Assembly: GCA_034226945.1 (NCBI GenBank)
Contig: CP120462.1
Coordinates: 372,001-436,000 of the forward strand
DNA: 64,000 nt
Origin: Picochlorum sp. SENEW3
Taxonomy: Eukaryota
Direction: 5' to 3'
Shown in pieces: positions 9,904 to 19,930 of the stretch. The notes beneath the pieces were generated by a model. That model saw nothing but the letters and a program-made list of their open reading frames with translations. It was not told where the DNA came from and searched no databases. The translations under genes and the position numbers were made by a program. The number at the start of each line of letters is the position of its first letter. Position 1 is the stretch's first letter.

Positions 9904-11574
9904 CTAGCACTTTCCGCAGGTTGCTTGACAGTATCCTTTCATCCAAGGCTCATTGCATTTGCCCCACCTCTTCTGCTGCTGGCAGGTGTACTGCTTACTT
10001 GGGGGCACATCGGTGCAAGGCTTTGTTGGAGGACTATTGCCTGGTTTCGGAGGTGGTGACTTTGGAAGCGAGCATTTTCCGCAGGTTGCTTGACAGTATC
10101 CTTTCATCCAAGGCTCATTGCATTTGCCCCACCTCTTCTGCTGCTGGCACGTGTACTGCTTACTTGGGGGCACATCAGAGCACTGATTCGTTGGAGGCTC
10201 AATGATTTCTTTTGGAGGAACTCGGCTCTCATCCAACGCATTCATATATTCATACTGTTTGACAACAGAAGCTTTGCCATCTGTATCTGGACCTGTGTAA
10301 CCAAAGACATATCCCTGTCCATCATTGTACCCATAATAGGTATATTGGTATGGAGTTGTTGGATAATGAGAAACCGCCCATACTAATGTGCAAGCATACC
10401 CTAATGAGTTCACCTGATCGTGAATATACGAGAATAATGTGTTCCTTGTTGGCAGATATCCACGTCTCATTCCGTACTCTTCCAAAATAATGGGCTTGTC
10501 CATTGAATGTGCAATATCTCTTCTATCTTTGTAATAATTCTCTCCAAGCCAAGTATATCCTCCATCCGCAGACATACCCCACGCATCGGGATAGGAGTGA
10601 ATGGTTGCAAAGTCTGCAAACTTCAGATTGCACACAAAATCAACACCTTCGTACCCAGTATTAATCCAAGAATGTGGCTCTTTCGTTGGCCCATCCGTCC
10701 TCATGCCTTCATCACCGATAGAAATCATATGATTTTTATCAAGGGATCGAATGTATGCAGTCATTTCTGCTGCCCAGGAGCAAATGGTCTCTCCAGGCTT
10801 CTTCCCAATCTTTGCATCATACCCCTGAGCCCTTGGTTCATTGGCTAATTCAAACGCAAAAATCGTCGGATCATCGTAATAATGAACTCCTGTGAAGACG
10901 TTTTTGCGATTGATAAGCATCTTTATGAACTTTTTCCATTCGGATTTAACGAATTCATCGGTATAAAACTCTTCCACAGGTCTGTTCTCCCCAGGATATG
11001 CTTTATTCATCCAGTCAGCGAAGCCTCCCAGGAATGGCCAGTAGTTGCTGAGAACGATGATACCTCGAATTCCTTTCTTAGCCATCTCTGCAAGGGTGAA
11101 ATCGAGCCTCACCAAAGCCTGCTCATTATATTCACCAAAATCTGGCATCATACTGTTTGGCACAGAGTCAAAAAAACTTGTAAATATTCTGAGGATTGTC
11201 GCCCCTTGAGCTGCTTGCGCATCCATCATCGCTACAACCTCATTTGCGCTCATGATGTAATCTAAACCAGCATAGAATGCATTTGTACCACCGCAGTAGT
11301 ATGGCTTTCCATCCACTGTAAAGTCAGTGCCATCGGGTTTGACAAAACCAACATTGTTGAACACCTTGCCAGGCTTTGGCTGAAGAGCTGGATTACTCTC
11401 TTTCTTGTACTCTTGTAAGTAGACGTCGTAGTCATCGACTGATGAGACTTGCGCTTGCGTCATGGGCAAGCCTAATTGGAACTTTTCTGCAGCATACTTG
11501 TACTCGTCGGTTCCTGGCTGCCCAAATGCCAACATTGCTGTCAGCAACAGCGTCGTAAAAAAGGAAAGCATCAT
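9904..11574 (-). CDS. Secreted GH5 endo-beta-1,4-mannanase-like glycoside hydrolase with two C-terminal ShK-like six-cysteine modules
   Basis: Signal-peptide-like N-terminus; GH5 acid/base motif DDPTIFAFELANEPR, HSYP, nucleophile KPIILEEYG; Pro-rich linker; two CxD..C..WGKC..WM..C...CGKC modules; intronless. Confidence 0.9.
   Translation of the reverse strand: MMLSFFTTLLLTAMLAFGQPGTDEYKYAAEKFQLGLPMTQAQVSSVDDYDVYLQEYKKESNPALQPKPGKVFNNVGFVKPDGTDFTVDGKPYYCGGTNAFYAGLDYIMSANEVVAMMDAQAAQGATILRIFTSFFDSVPNSMMPDFGEYNEQALVRLDFTLAEMAKKGIRGIIVLSNYWPFLGGFADWMNKAYPGENRPVEEFYTDEFVKSEWKKFIKMLINRKNVFTGVHYYDDPTIFAFELANEPRAQGYDAKIGKKPGETICSWAAEMTAYIRSLDKNHMISIGDEGMRTDGPTKEPHSWINTGYEGVDFVCNLKFADFATIHSYPDAWGMSADGGYTWLGENYYKDRRDIAHSMDKPIILEEYGMRRGYLPTRNTLFSYIHDQVNSLGYACTLVWAVSHYPTTPYQYTYYGYNDGQGYVFGYTGPDTDGKASVVKQYEYMNALDESRVPPKEIIEPPTNQCSDVPPSKQYTCQQQKRWGKCNEPWMKGYCQATCGKCSLPKSPPPKPGNSPPTKPCTDVPPSKQYTCQQQKRWGKCNEPWMKGYCQATCGKC
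9907..10182. repeat. Intragenic duplication of a 111-bp cysteine module (9907-10017 and 10072-10182)
   Basis: Only 4 nucleotide differences seen; 36/37 aa identical. Confidence 0.95.
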
Positions 11575-12108
11575 TTCCTGAAATCTACAAATAATGAATC
11601 AAATTCTGACAGAAATCAGTCCAAGAAGAAGGCTCTGAGAATAACCGTCGCCTAACAGGAATCTTTTATGTACAACAATAACGCCCTTTTGGGGTCATTC
11701 ACATGAATGTAATACAAAGAACTGATTAAAAATTCATTCAAACAAATAAATTTCGATGTGATTGGGCGAACTGGCCGAAATTGATAAACACGTGTGCATC
11801 AGCCGTTGCATCTGGGAAGATCGAACTCTGGTCAACGGACCCGTTGACCGATCCAGTTCTCAGCCTGAAGCAGAGAAAATGCTGCATGGAAATTGAGACT
11901 AAATTTGATACAAAACTATGGTATGATGACGCACAGGATTGTAAGTCTACGTCAATATATTGAATCAAAAACGCATTTACTGCGAGATTTGAATGTGAAC
12001 TGCCATTTGGGAATTCCATGCGCATATCTCATGTTCCAACATTACATCATGTTTCACATGTTGAATTTATCGAGCAAAAACAAATATTTTGATATTCAAT
12101 CGGACCAT

Positions 12109-13423
12109 CAATAACTGATCAAATGTATCTATGAAATAACCAATTGGTTGCAACCAATCAATCAGGAGGGGGTTGGGTATCAATCTTGTCCAGCCTCTGG
12201 ATCAACGCCTCGTGGCGCCTGGAGCTGTGTCATTCTCGAACATATAGGCCTCCTCGGCCAGGGCATGCAGCATGGAGAAATCTGCTTGTGCCGGGTTGGA
12301 GAGAGATGATGATGCCCTTGTGGTTACCTTCTTGGCTCCTTTCGTGGATCTTTTCGTGGATCCTTTCGTGGATCTTTTCGTGGATCGCTTCTTGGATCCT
12401 TTCTTGGGCTCCTGCTTGGGTGCCTGCTTGGGTGCCTGCATGACTACGAGTGTGGTATCGTGCTTGAGGGACTGCAGTATTGTGGCAGCTTCGCCCACTC
12501 CAATCTCCTTCTTTGTCTGGCACAGCCTCAAGGCTACCCTTGTGTCCTCCTCGTCCCTGACGTCGTACTTTGTCCTCCTGACTCTCTGTCTCTTTCTTGC
12601 TGTCGGTGGTGTGAGCTCCACCATGGCATATACTACCTCCTCCTCCACTCTGGTGTGTGCTCCTTCCTCCTCCACTCTGGTGTATGGTACTTCCTCTTCC
12701 ACTCTGGTATGTGCTACCTGTGTGGAGCACTGGTCACGTCCTCGCTTGTTGCTGCGTGTCGTCCGTGGTGGTCGAGTCTTTGCTGGAGAGGATGGCACGT
12801 CGGTGTGGTCCGGCACGCCCGGGGGCGATGGTGTCGGGGACACTGCTGCCTTGGCGGGCTGGCCCGTCGTGAGTCTCCTGGCAATTGATCGAGTGATCAT
12901 CCTTGTGGGTGTTTGTTGCCCCACTCTCATCGTCCCAGTGCTGTCTCTGCACATACACACACACAATCATCCGGAATGAGATGTCAGAACATACAAGGCC
13001 AAGGTGACAAGCCCCGGTCCCTCCCTCTTCCCCTTGGGTACCTGGAGCCACTGGGAAATTCAAAATCCCACAGCGCCAGACGAGGAGGTTGGGTGGTCAC
13101 GAGTCAATCTCGCATTAGTGGCGTTCCGCCCCGTAGAGCATGCCATTGTATCACAAATGTACTTACTATTGCAAAGGATGTTGCTTGAAACGTACCCGCG
13201 TCAGCGTTTGGTCGATATCTTTGTTTTGCTTGCGACGGAGCAGTGGTCTCACGTTGGGAGTAGATCTCGTGTACGTTTGCGTCTTTGCTCCTCGCAGTAG
13301 GCATAAATAATGTAAATAATTATTCTTTGATGTGTATTGTTTTGAATAGTTTGGTTCTGCGTCGATTTGGGTGATCGCCGTGTCATGTCGTCAGTTTAAA
13401 ATTGGGTGGGTGAGGGCGCCACC
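12109..13423 (-). mobile_element. 1315-bp dispersed repeat, copy 2, same orientation as copy 1
   Basis: Same termini (CAATAACTGATC...GGGCGCCACC) as copy 1; flanks CGGACCAT and CTTCCAAC do not form a duplication. Confidence 0.75.
12202..12930 (-). CDS. Repeat-encoded basic, low-complexity orphan protein (copy 2)
   Basis: 254-codon open frame; differs from copy 1 by one KRST unit and two residues (Y/N, D/A). Confidence 0.45.
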   Translation of the reverse strand: MRVGQQTPTRMITRSIARRLTTGQPAKAAVSPTPSPPGVPDHTDVPSSPAKTRPPRTTRSNKRGRDQCSTQVAHTRVEEEVPYTRVEEEGAHTRVEEEVVYAMVELTPPTARKRQRVRRTKYDVRDEEDTRVALRLCQTKKEIGVGEAATILQSLKHDTTLVVMQAPKQAPKQEPKKGSKKRSTKRSTKGSTKRSTKGAKKVTTRASSSLSNPAQADFSMLHALAEEAYMFENDTAPGATRR

Positions 13424-13600
13424 CTTCCAACCACAAAGCTTTGTGCTTAAGCGGGACCGAAGATGTGTCATCGTGCGTCTTTCACTACAATTACATTTGT
13501 GTCATTTATATATATGTCTCTCCCTTGTGCAAGGAGAAAAAACGCTCTACAAGACACTACAGTTTGTACCATCATAAAAACAAGGAAAATAGTGGTGGTG

Positions 13601-14671
13601 CTACGAACTCATCTTTTGTTGCTGAATAAGTTCAATCATGTCAAGAACCTCTGCCATTCCGTGCGAATGGTCAATCATCTGTGCTTCATATTCCACTGGA
13701 TCTGGTGGCACATCTCCGAGTTCATACGCCGTATATCCATTCACGGCAGGATCCAGCATCCATCCATTAACACCTTGTGCGTACACTGCCACCTTGCTAT
13801 AGCCGGCATCATGTGCCATTTGAGCAGCCCATGTAGCTCGAGCATGGGTCCTCGAACACATAATCAACAGCATATCGGAGGATGGTTTTGGAAAATGATA
13901 CATCTGCTCAAAATTAGAATCGCTATTGGACAGAGCGCTACATAATTCATCCACTGGAATATTTCTAGACCCGGCAATCCCACCAAAAAGTATAATTTCA
14001 TCTCTCCTCCTGACATCAATCAATACATATGACCCCTCCCTTCTCAGCACCTCCATCGCAGGATCAAAGCATTCTTCTGACAAAAGCAATGCTAATCCAT
14101 CCCTACTGATGTAATGCAAATTCGACTGCACCATGCTATCCTTGTAAAATGCACCCAATGATCCCTTCACACACATGGTTCTCTGATATCCCAAGGCATT
14201 CAATGCCGAGGCAGCTTGGAATTCTTCATACTCATTTGATCCAATCAACACGAAAATTTGAAATGTATCCGGGAACTTGACATGGGGAAATGTAGATTCC
14301 CATGCCTGAGACTTTTTCAAAACGTCTCCAACCAGATCAAATGGCAACCGCACTGCCCCATGCAACTCCCCAGGCAAAACCTCTTGCTCAGAATTCATAT
14401 CGTTATCATCTTCGCTCATCGATCCCATACTTGTAAAAGGCCTCACATCTATCAATATATATTTACAAGCCCTTGTTTCTATCAGTCCCAGCAGTGTCGC
14501 CACAGATACCTGGCAGTGGTACGGACTCAGATCATAATTCTCCTTGGCATCCAGCCCATCAGTATCTTTTCGCTTAATCATCTCCGATCGCACCCATCGA
14601 ACCCCCCATGCAAGCAAAGTAAGAATCACGGCACTCCCTAAAGACCCACCCGCATTTGAAAACGTTGGCAT
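13601..14671 (-). CDS. Tandem rhodanese-domain protein with N-terminal membrane anchor
   Basis: Two ILIDVR/VLIDVR starts, G.I.GS.NIP, active-site-like CSRTHAR, GVNGW; hydrophobic N-terminus. Confidence 0.8.
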   Translation of the reverse strand: MPTFSNAGGSLGSAVILTLLAWGVRWVRSEMIKRKDTDGLDAKENYDLSPYHCQVSVATLLGLIETRACKYILIDVRPFTSMGSMSEDDNDMNSEQEVLPGELHGAVRLPFDLVGDVLKKSQAWESTFPHVKFPDTFQIFVLIGSNEYEEFQAASALNALGYQRTMCVKGSLGAFYKDSMVQSNLHYISRDGLALLLSEECFDPAMEVLRREGSYVLIDVRRRDEIILFGGIAGSRNIPVDELCSALSNSDSNFEQMYHFPKPSSDMLLIMCSRTHARATWAAQMAHDAGYSKVAVYAQGVNGWMLDPAVNGYTAYELGDVPPDPVEYEAQMIDHSHGMAEVLDMIELIQQQKMSS

Positions 14672-15052
14672 GGTCGTCACTTCTTCTCCACTACGTGTCA
14701 ATCCATGTAAATTTAATTTAAAATTATGTTTTTAAATTCCTAGTCAGGTCAATCAATGTCACCGTCTCGTCTTGTCGTCGTCTCTGTTCAAAATTGTCAA
14801 CAAGTCCAGTCTTTTGTTTCATACGACAGCAACCATTCTCTATCAACATCACATGATCTCAATACATATAATGTATTTTTTTGACAACAGAAAATCGCAG
14901 CTAGATGGACTATTCATTCAGGGAAGTACATTGAGGATCTCTCGGGTCTCCTTAAAAAAGCAAAATGCACGAGACTCTTTCCCATCACGTGAACACACCC
15001 CGAGCATGTCACCGAGTCTAAAACTGAATTCAACAATACACGTTCTACGCTC

Positions 15053-16204
15053 ATGCCACGGACGAAACGACAACGGTCTGCTAGTCACAGCGGGTCTTGG
15101 TATAGCAACAAAGGTATGTTTTCGTGTACTCGATGATTCACTTGGGCTTCGACATGCCTTGGATTGTTTCTTCGAGCAGAATAAACCCACTACAGTCACG
15201 GCGAGACTGCGGATTCCCACTCTCTCAATTGGGTTCCCTTCTCTGTACAATAGAGAACTTTGACATACACAAAAGCTGCTACTTGTACTTTATAATTCCA
15301 TGTGTGTCGCAGGTGATGAACTGAGGAGGCAGATACAATCATGGATGAATGCATTGTCATCGGACGAGGGCGGGCGTGTCAAGGCAATCATCGCACCGCA
15401 TGCAGGGTATGCATACAGTGGCCCAACCATGGCATATGCCTACAAGCACATCAAGCCAGAGACCATGTACGTGTGATTTGACGATTCTCCACAACATGCA
15501 TGGCAACATCAATACACATATATTTTTTAATGATCTGCAGCAAACGAATTTTCCTGTTGGGTCCGTCTCACCACGTGTTCTCACGAGCCTGTCTCTTGTC
15601 ATCATGCACAGAGTACTCGACCCCCCTGGGCTCCATCCCGATCGACGAGGACGTGTACCGCGAGCTGAAAGAAACTGGCGCATTTCAGTTTATAGGAGTT
15701 GATGACGATGAGGATGAGCATAGTTTAGAGATGCATCTGCCCTACATTGCCGAAATCATGTCTGGTAGAGAATACACCCTCATCCCCATCATTGTTGGAG
15801 CCGTTGCACCAGACTCTGAAGCCCTATACGGAAGATTACTGCATACATACTTGGAGTCAGACGATTCGTTGTTTGTTATATCATCCGACTTCTGCCACTG
15901 GGGGTCGAGGTTTGGATACCAATTCCGCAGGCCAGAGGAAGAGATTCATGCCAGCATTGCATGGCTAGACTCAGAAGGCATGAAAGCTATTGAAACAAAA
16001 CGCCCGGAAGAATTTTACACGTATTTAAAACAATATGAGAATACCATCTGTGGTAGACACCCAATCGGCATTCTATTGCAAGCAATCAGTCATTCTAACA
16101 AAGAGTATTCCATCCAATTCACTCGCTATGATCGATCAAACCTGGTCCATTCCATGTCTGATTCATCGGTAAGCTATGCATCTGCTATCATCACCATGAT
16201 GTAA
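15053..16204 (+). CDS. MEMO1: MEMO1-family protein; predicted introns 15114-15312 and 15467-15540
   Basis: Spliced frame gives ASHSGSWY, IIAPHAGYAYSG, LLGPSHH, EHSLEMHLP, ISSDFCHWG, NTICGRHPI, SSVSYAS. Confidence 0.95.
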
Positions 16205-16217
16205 TATAAAATAAGCA

Positions 16218-16658
16218 CTATTTCTTCTTCTTCCCACCCGAAGGTTTCTTTCGAGCAGGCAATGATCCAACACCTCCAGCAGCTGCTGGCTCTTGACTAC
16301 TGCTGCCGCTGCCCCCCTCTTTTCCTTCCCTGGAGGGATGTTTGGGCAACAATTCGGCCACTTTGATCATCAGAGCTTTCCTTGAACATAATTCTTCCTT
16401 AATATACGAACCATTATCATCTTTCAGCGATACTCGGACTCTTCCCAGATATTTCCAATCTTTTGGATGCCTAGTCCGCTGCATTTCTGCCGGCAATTTG
16501 AGTATCTTATGGACAATATCGAATATTTGAGGTGTTGTTGGGTTCTCTACTGCCTTATCTTTGGGTATTTTCCTGCCTTTGGAGGCACTGACGGTGGAGT
16601 TTAAGTAACATGGGTAGATGCAAATTCTCGAGTCTTCTCCTGCACTGGCGGTGGCCAT
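16218..16658 (-). CDS. SRP19: Signal recognition particle 19 kDa protein
   Basis: ICIYPCYLNS...GRKIPKDKAVENPT, HPKDW...GRVRV, basic tail. Confidence 0.93.
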   Translation of the reverse strand: MATASAGEDSRICIYPCYLNSTVSASKGRKIPKDKAVENPTTPQIFDIVHKILKLPAEMQRTRHPKDWKYLGRVRVSLKDDNGSYIKEELCSRKALMIKVAELLPKHPSREGKEGGSGSSSQEPAAAGGVGSLPARKKPSGGKKKK

Positions 16659-17019
16659 TGTGTCATCTACAATTTTTTTTAAATCCTGATACACAGTGTT
16701 CGAGCAGCGTATTGATCACGCCTGAATTGAATACAGGCATCACATTTCCAAATGACCTTTCAAGGTCGTCCGACGACCGATGTCGCAGCGTCGATGTCGA
16801 ATGGTTTGAACGATGCGTACTCATAGACCCATGCAGCGAAGAGACAATGAATTTCAGGTCGAATTAATGATATATGTTTTTTACTGTGTGCGTACTGTGT
16901 CTTAAAGCACTGAAAAAGAGAGCACCGTCGTATTCCGTTTTCTAAACTAACAATCAACAACAACTGCGACTTTGGTTTTGTTTGGCTGTGTCCCCGAGTT
17001 CTGTTGATTCGATCTCACC

Positions 17020-19098
17020 ATGAGTTCAACAGTCATAGATAAATTGTTCGAGGGGATTGAAGATGAGGATGTCGTCGTTGAAGAAGACAACAAAGGAGGA
17101 CATGTGCTCGAGGCACGTGGGAATTCTACTGACAAGGAGCCTGTTCGACGACTGAAAAAGGCACGGGATTTGGTAGATCAGGTGGATACTCCACCTTCCA
17201 TGGGAGAAGGAAGGCAGCATGATGCTGATGATGCTGATGGTGAGGAGGAGCAGCAGCAGTATTGGGATGAGGAGGATGAGATTGAAGAGTACTTGCAACA
17301 CGGTGAAGGCGACGCGGACGATGGTCATAGTACGAGCGATGATGAAGAGAACGATACCAATAAGGAAGAAGAGGAGGATGTAGCGTTGATTGCCGGGGAT
17401 GGGACGACACGAGGAGATATGGATGCTGACACGCAGCGTTTGTTGAGAGAGGTGGCAACAAAGGATAGGCTCGGGAAGGGGCATAAAATTCAGATCAAGC
17501 CATTGGAAGGTATCGTAGAAAAGTTGAGGAAGAAGAAAGAGCAGGTATTGGATAGAGCAGCGGAGTTGAGGGCACCTTGTGCTCCAAAGTTTCATGATAT
17601 TTTGAACGAGGTTGGTCTGGGGGCCGATGACACAGTGCATCAAGATGGCAATGACGACACGGCACATCAAGATGGCAACGATGATGGAAACATCGTGACA
17701 CCTCGAAAGCAGAAGCACAATGCATTCTGTAACGATGATGACAATGATGATGACTTGGAGGTGATTTCTGATGATGAAGATGATGGAAATGAATTCAAGT
17801 TGATTGATGTTCCCAAACAGACTCCCCAGAAACCTTCACCATTGGCATTCAATCCATACAATGATACGCAGATGGAAGATTTTGAGGAGGAGAATATTCT
17901 CGATGATGGAGCAGAATCTGAGTCTGATGAGGAAAGTGATCACAGTTGGGCTGTAAAAGAAGGCGAAGAGAATGATGATGATGATGATGAGGACATTGTC
18001 TCGAGCAAGGAGGACTCTGCTGACTGCTCGATGCCCGCAGAAAATAAATCACAGAATCCTCTTGAAGAACTAATGAAACATAGGGAAGAGCCAAAGCAGC
18101 AGAAGGAAACAAAGCGATCAAATTTTGTGGATGAGGAAGCAGAGCTGAGTGACGAGGAAGGTATGGGCGCAGCTGTAAGCGATGATGAAGAGGAGGAGAA
18201 TGCTGATGTGGATGCAAATGGAGAGCTAAAAGACCTTATTGCGGAAGGTCATGAACATCACCAAAAGGATGATGCAACAGAGGAACTTCACATCAAGTGG
18301 GCCCGACAGCAGGAAAGCCAGCAGTTGAAGGATATATTACGAGGCCTTGAAAATGGATTCGGTAGACGCAATAGAGGAGCACTGGATGAATATGAAGGAG
18401 AGCTCACAGGTCGTCAACGACGAGCTCGACATGAGGATGGCGGTCTCGATGACTTTGGACTGGGCACATCTTGGCCAGATTTGTTTGGAAAGCCCAATAC
18501 TGTCGACGCAGATGGAGAAGAGTGCGAGGATGAAGCCATGCTGAGAAAAGCCCAGCAGCGAAAGTTAGTCGAGTCACAGCAATCAGATATCCTAGCTGGA
18601 TCTAAAGGGGTTCCCCTTGATGAAGATTCGCAGCAAATTCTGGAATTATTTGCAAACAGCGCATCTGAAAACCAAAACTCTGGTGGTTCCGAGACACTCA
18701 AGCGAAGGAGTAGAGATATGATGGCCGGTTCTGATGGGATTTCATTCATTGGAAGAAAGCAAAAGATTCACAGACATCACTCTGTCTCAAATCTTGGAAT
18801 ATCTGCTGGCAAATCCTTTGTGTTTGGAAGGAAAGACTCCTACAGTCGCCAAGGAACTGAGGAACAGGCAAACACAAATGACAATGCCAGCGCACCGGTT
18901 GATTTTTCAGATCTACAAAAGCTTACACAGCCTAGCTCTCAGGAAAACTCATGCTCTGTTGGAAATCAGCAGGCAGGCTCGCTCCTGCTCAAGAAACTTC
19001 CCCGATGGAACAAGCCATCCAATTTTCAGAAAAAAGGCAGTGCAAGTGTCATTGGAGCAGTATGCCAGCATATTGCTCCCAAAAAAGCAAAGCGATAA
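17020..19098 (+). CDS. Acidic disordered protein with Mrc1/Claspin-like C-terminal region
   Basis: FVDEEAELSDEE motif followed by DLI..D..ELH..LKDILRGLENGF.RR; very D/E-rich. Confidence 0.55.
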   Translation: MSSTVIDKLFEGIEDEDVVVEEDNKGGHVLEARGNSTDKEPVRRLKKARDLVDQVDTPPSMGEGRQHDADDADGEEEQQQYWDEEDEIEEYLQHGEGDADDGHSTSDDEENDTNKEEEEDVALIAGDGTTRGDMDADTQRLLREVATKDRLGKGHKIQIKPLEGIVEKLRKKKEQVLDRAAELRAPCAPKFHDILNEVGLGADDTVHQDGNDDTAHQDGNDDGNIVTPRKQKHNAFCNDDDNDDDLEVISDDEDDGNEFKLIDVPKQTPQKPSPLAFNPYNDTQMEDFEEENILDDGAESESDEESDHSWAVKEGEENDDDDDEDIVSSKEDSADCSMPAENKSQNPLEELMKHREEPKQQKETKRSNFVDEEAELSDEEGMGAAVSDDEEEENADVDANGELKDLIAEGHEHHQKDDATEELHIKWARQQESQQLKDILRGLENGFGRRNRGALDEYEGELTGRQRRARHEDGGLDDFGLGTSWPDLFGKPNTVDADGEECEDEAMLRKAQQRKLVESQQSDILAGSKGVPLDEDSQQILELFANSASENQNSGGSETLKRRSRDMMAGSDGISFIGRKQKIHRHHSVSNLGISAGKSFVFGRKDSYSRQGTEEQANTNDNASAPVDFSDLQKLTQPSSQENSCSVGNQQAGSLLLKKLPRWNKPSNFQKKGSASVIGAVCQHIAPKKAKR

Positions 19099-19141
19099 AC
19101 CATGTTAACGTGATAATAATAATAATAAAATCTATATACTG

Positions 19142-19648
19142 CTAAAAGGCAGAGTAAAAGCCTCCTCCAGACCTCTCCTCCTGGGTGACATCATATGCTA
19201 TGAGCGCACTGCCCATCAAAAACACTGCAATAATCTCCATCCAAAGAGCACCTAACGTAATCTTACCAGCATGGTATAATATAGAAGGAACAGCGACTGT
19301 CGCCACGCAACTTGACCCTGTTAAAAACTTGCCTGCATCCACCCACCCACTGTCAAGGCCTCCACCATATGAATCTCCTCCAAAAAAGAGATATGGCATG
19401 GGAACTAAAATATATGCAAACGCTGTCAACAATGGCCACCAATTGCTCCACAACCAGCATCCCTGCACCACGCATCATGACACATGAGTACGTACTCATG
19501 GAGTATACTCCATCCATAGATGTGTGTTTGAGAGACCAGACAGTCTCTGAGAACAGTATGCTTTACACATCCGTACCATGAACTGGAAAATCACTCCCAG
19601 GGCGAAAACCCCTCCTATTATACTAAATACTTTCCCATCAGAATCCAT
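19142..19648 (-). CDS. VPS55: Vps55/OB-RGRP family membrane protein; predicted intron 19463-19576
   Basis: NWWPLLTAFAYILVPMP, WVDAGKFLTG, P.IL.HAG.I. Confidence 0.9.
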
Positions 19649-19930
19649 AGTAAGATAAAACTACAAGCACGGCGACAGACTCGCTGTAATTCAAAGCGAC
19701 GTCTTGTGTTGGGTTCTTTCTCTAGAGTCACGCAATACACCAAGTACAGACACCTTTACTCGACTTTGTTCATTTCAAATTAAAGAAATTAGACTGTTTG
19801 GAACCTCATGGAAGGACCAGAATGTCATCGCTCACGGGATTCCTTAAATAAGCAACCATTTCTGCAGGAATCAGCTTTGACCCTCCAAATTTCCACGATG
19901 CGGCATAAAAATATTCTTTCAAATTACACC

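Noticed and set aside
8263..13423. Canonical LTR retrotransposon (LTR-internal-LTR)
   Set aside because: No TG..CA termini, no recognisable PBS or PPT, no gag/pol, no duplication flanking the whole unit, and copy 1 has its own flanking duplication.
14772..15263. 163-aa ORF upstream of MEMO1
   Set aside because: Non-ATG start, no motifs, and it overlaps MEMO1 exon 1 and intron 1 in a different frame.
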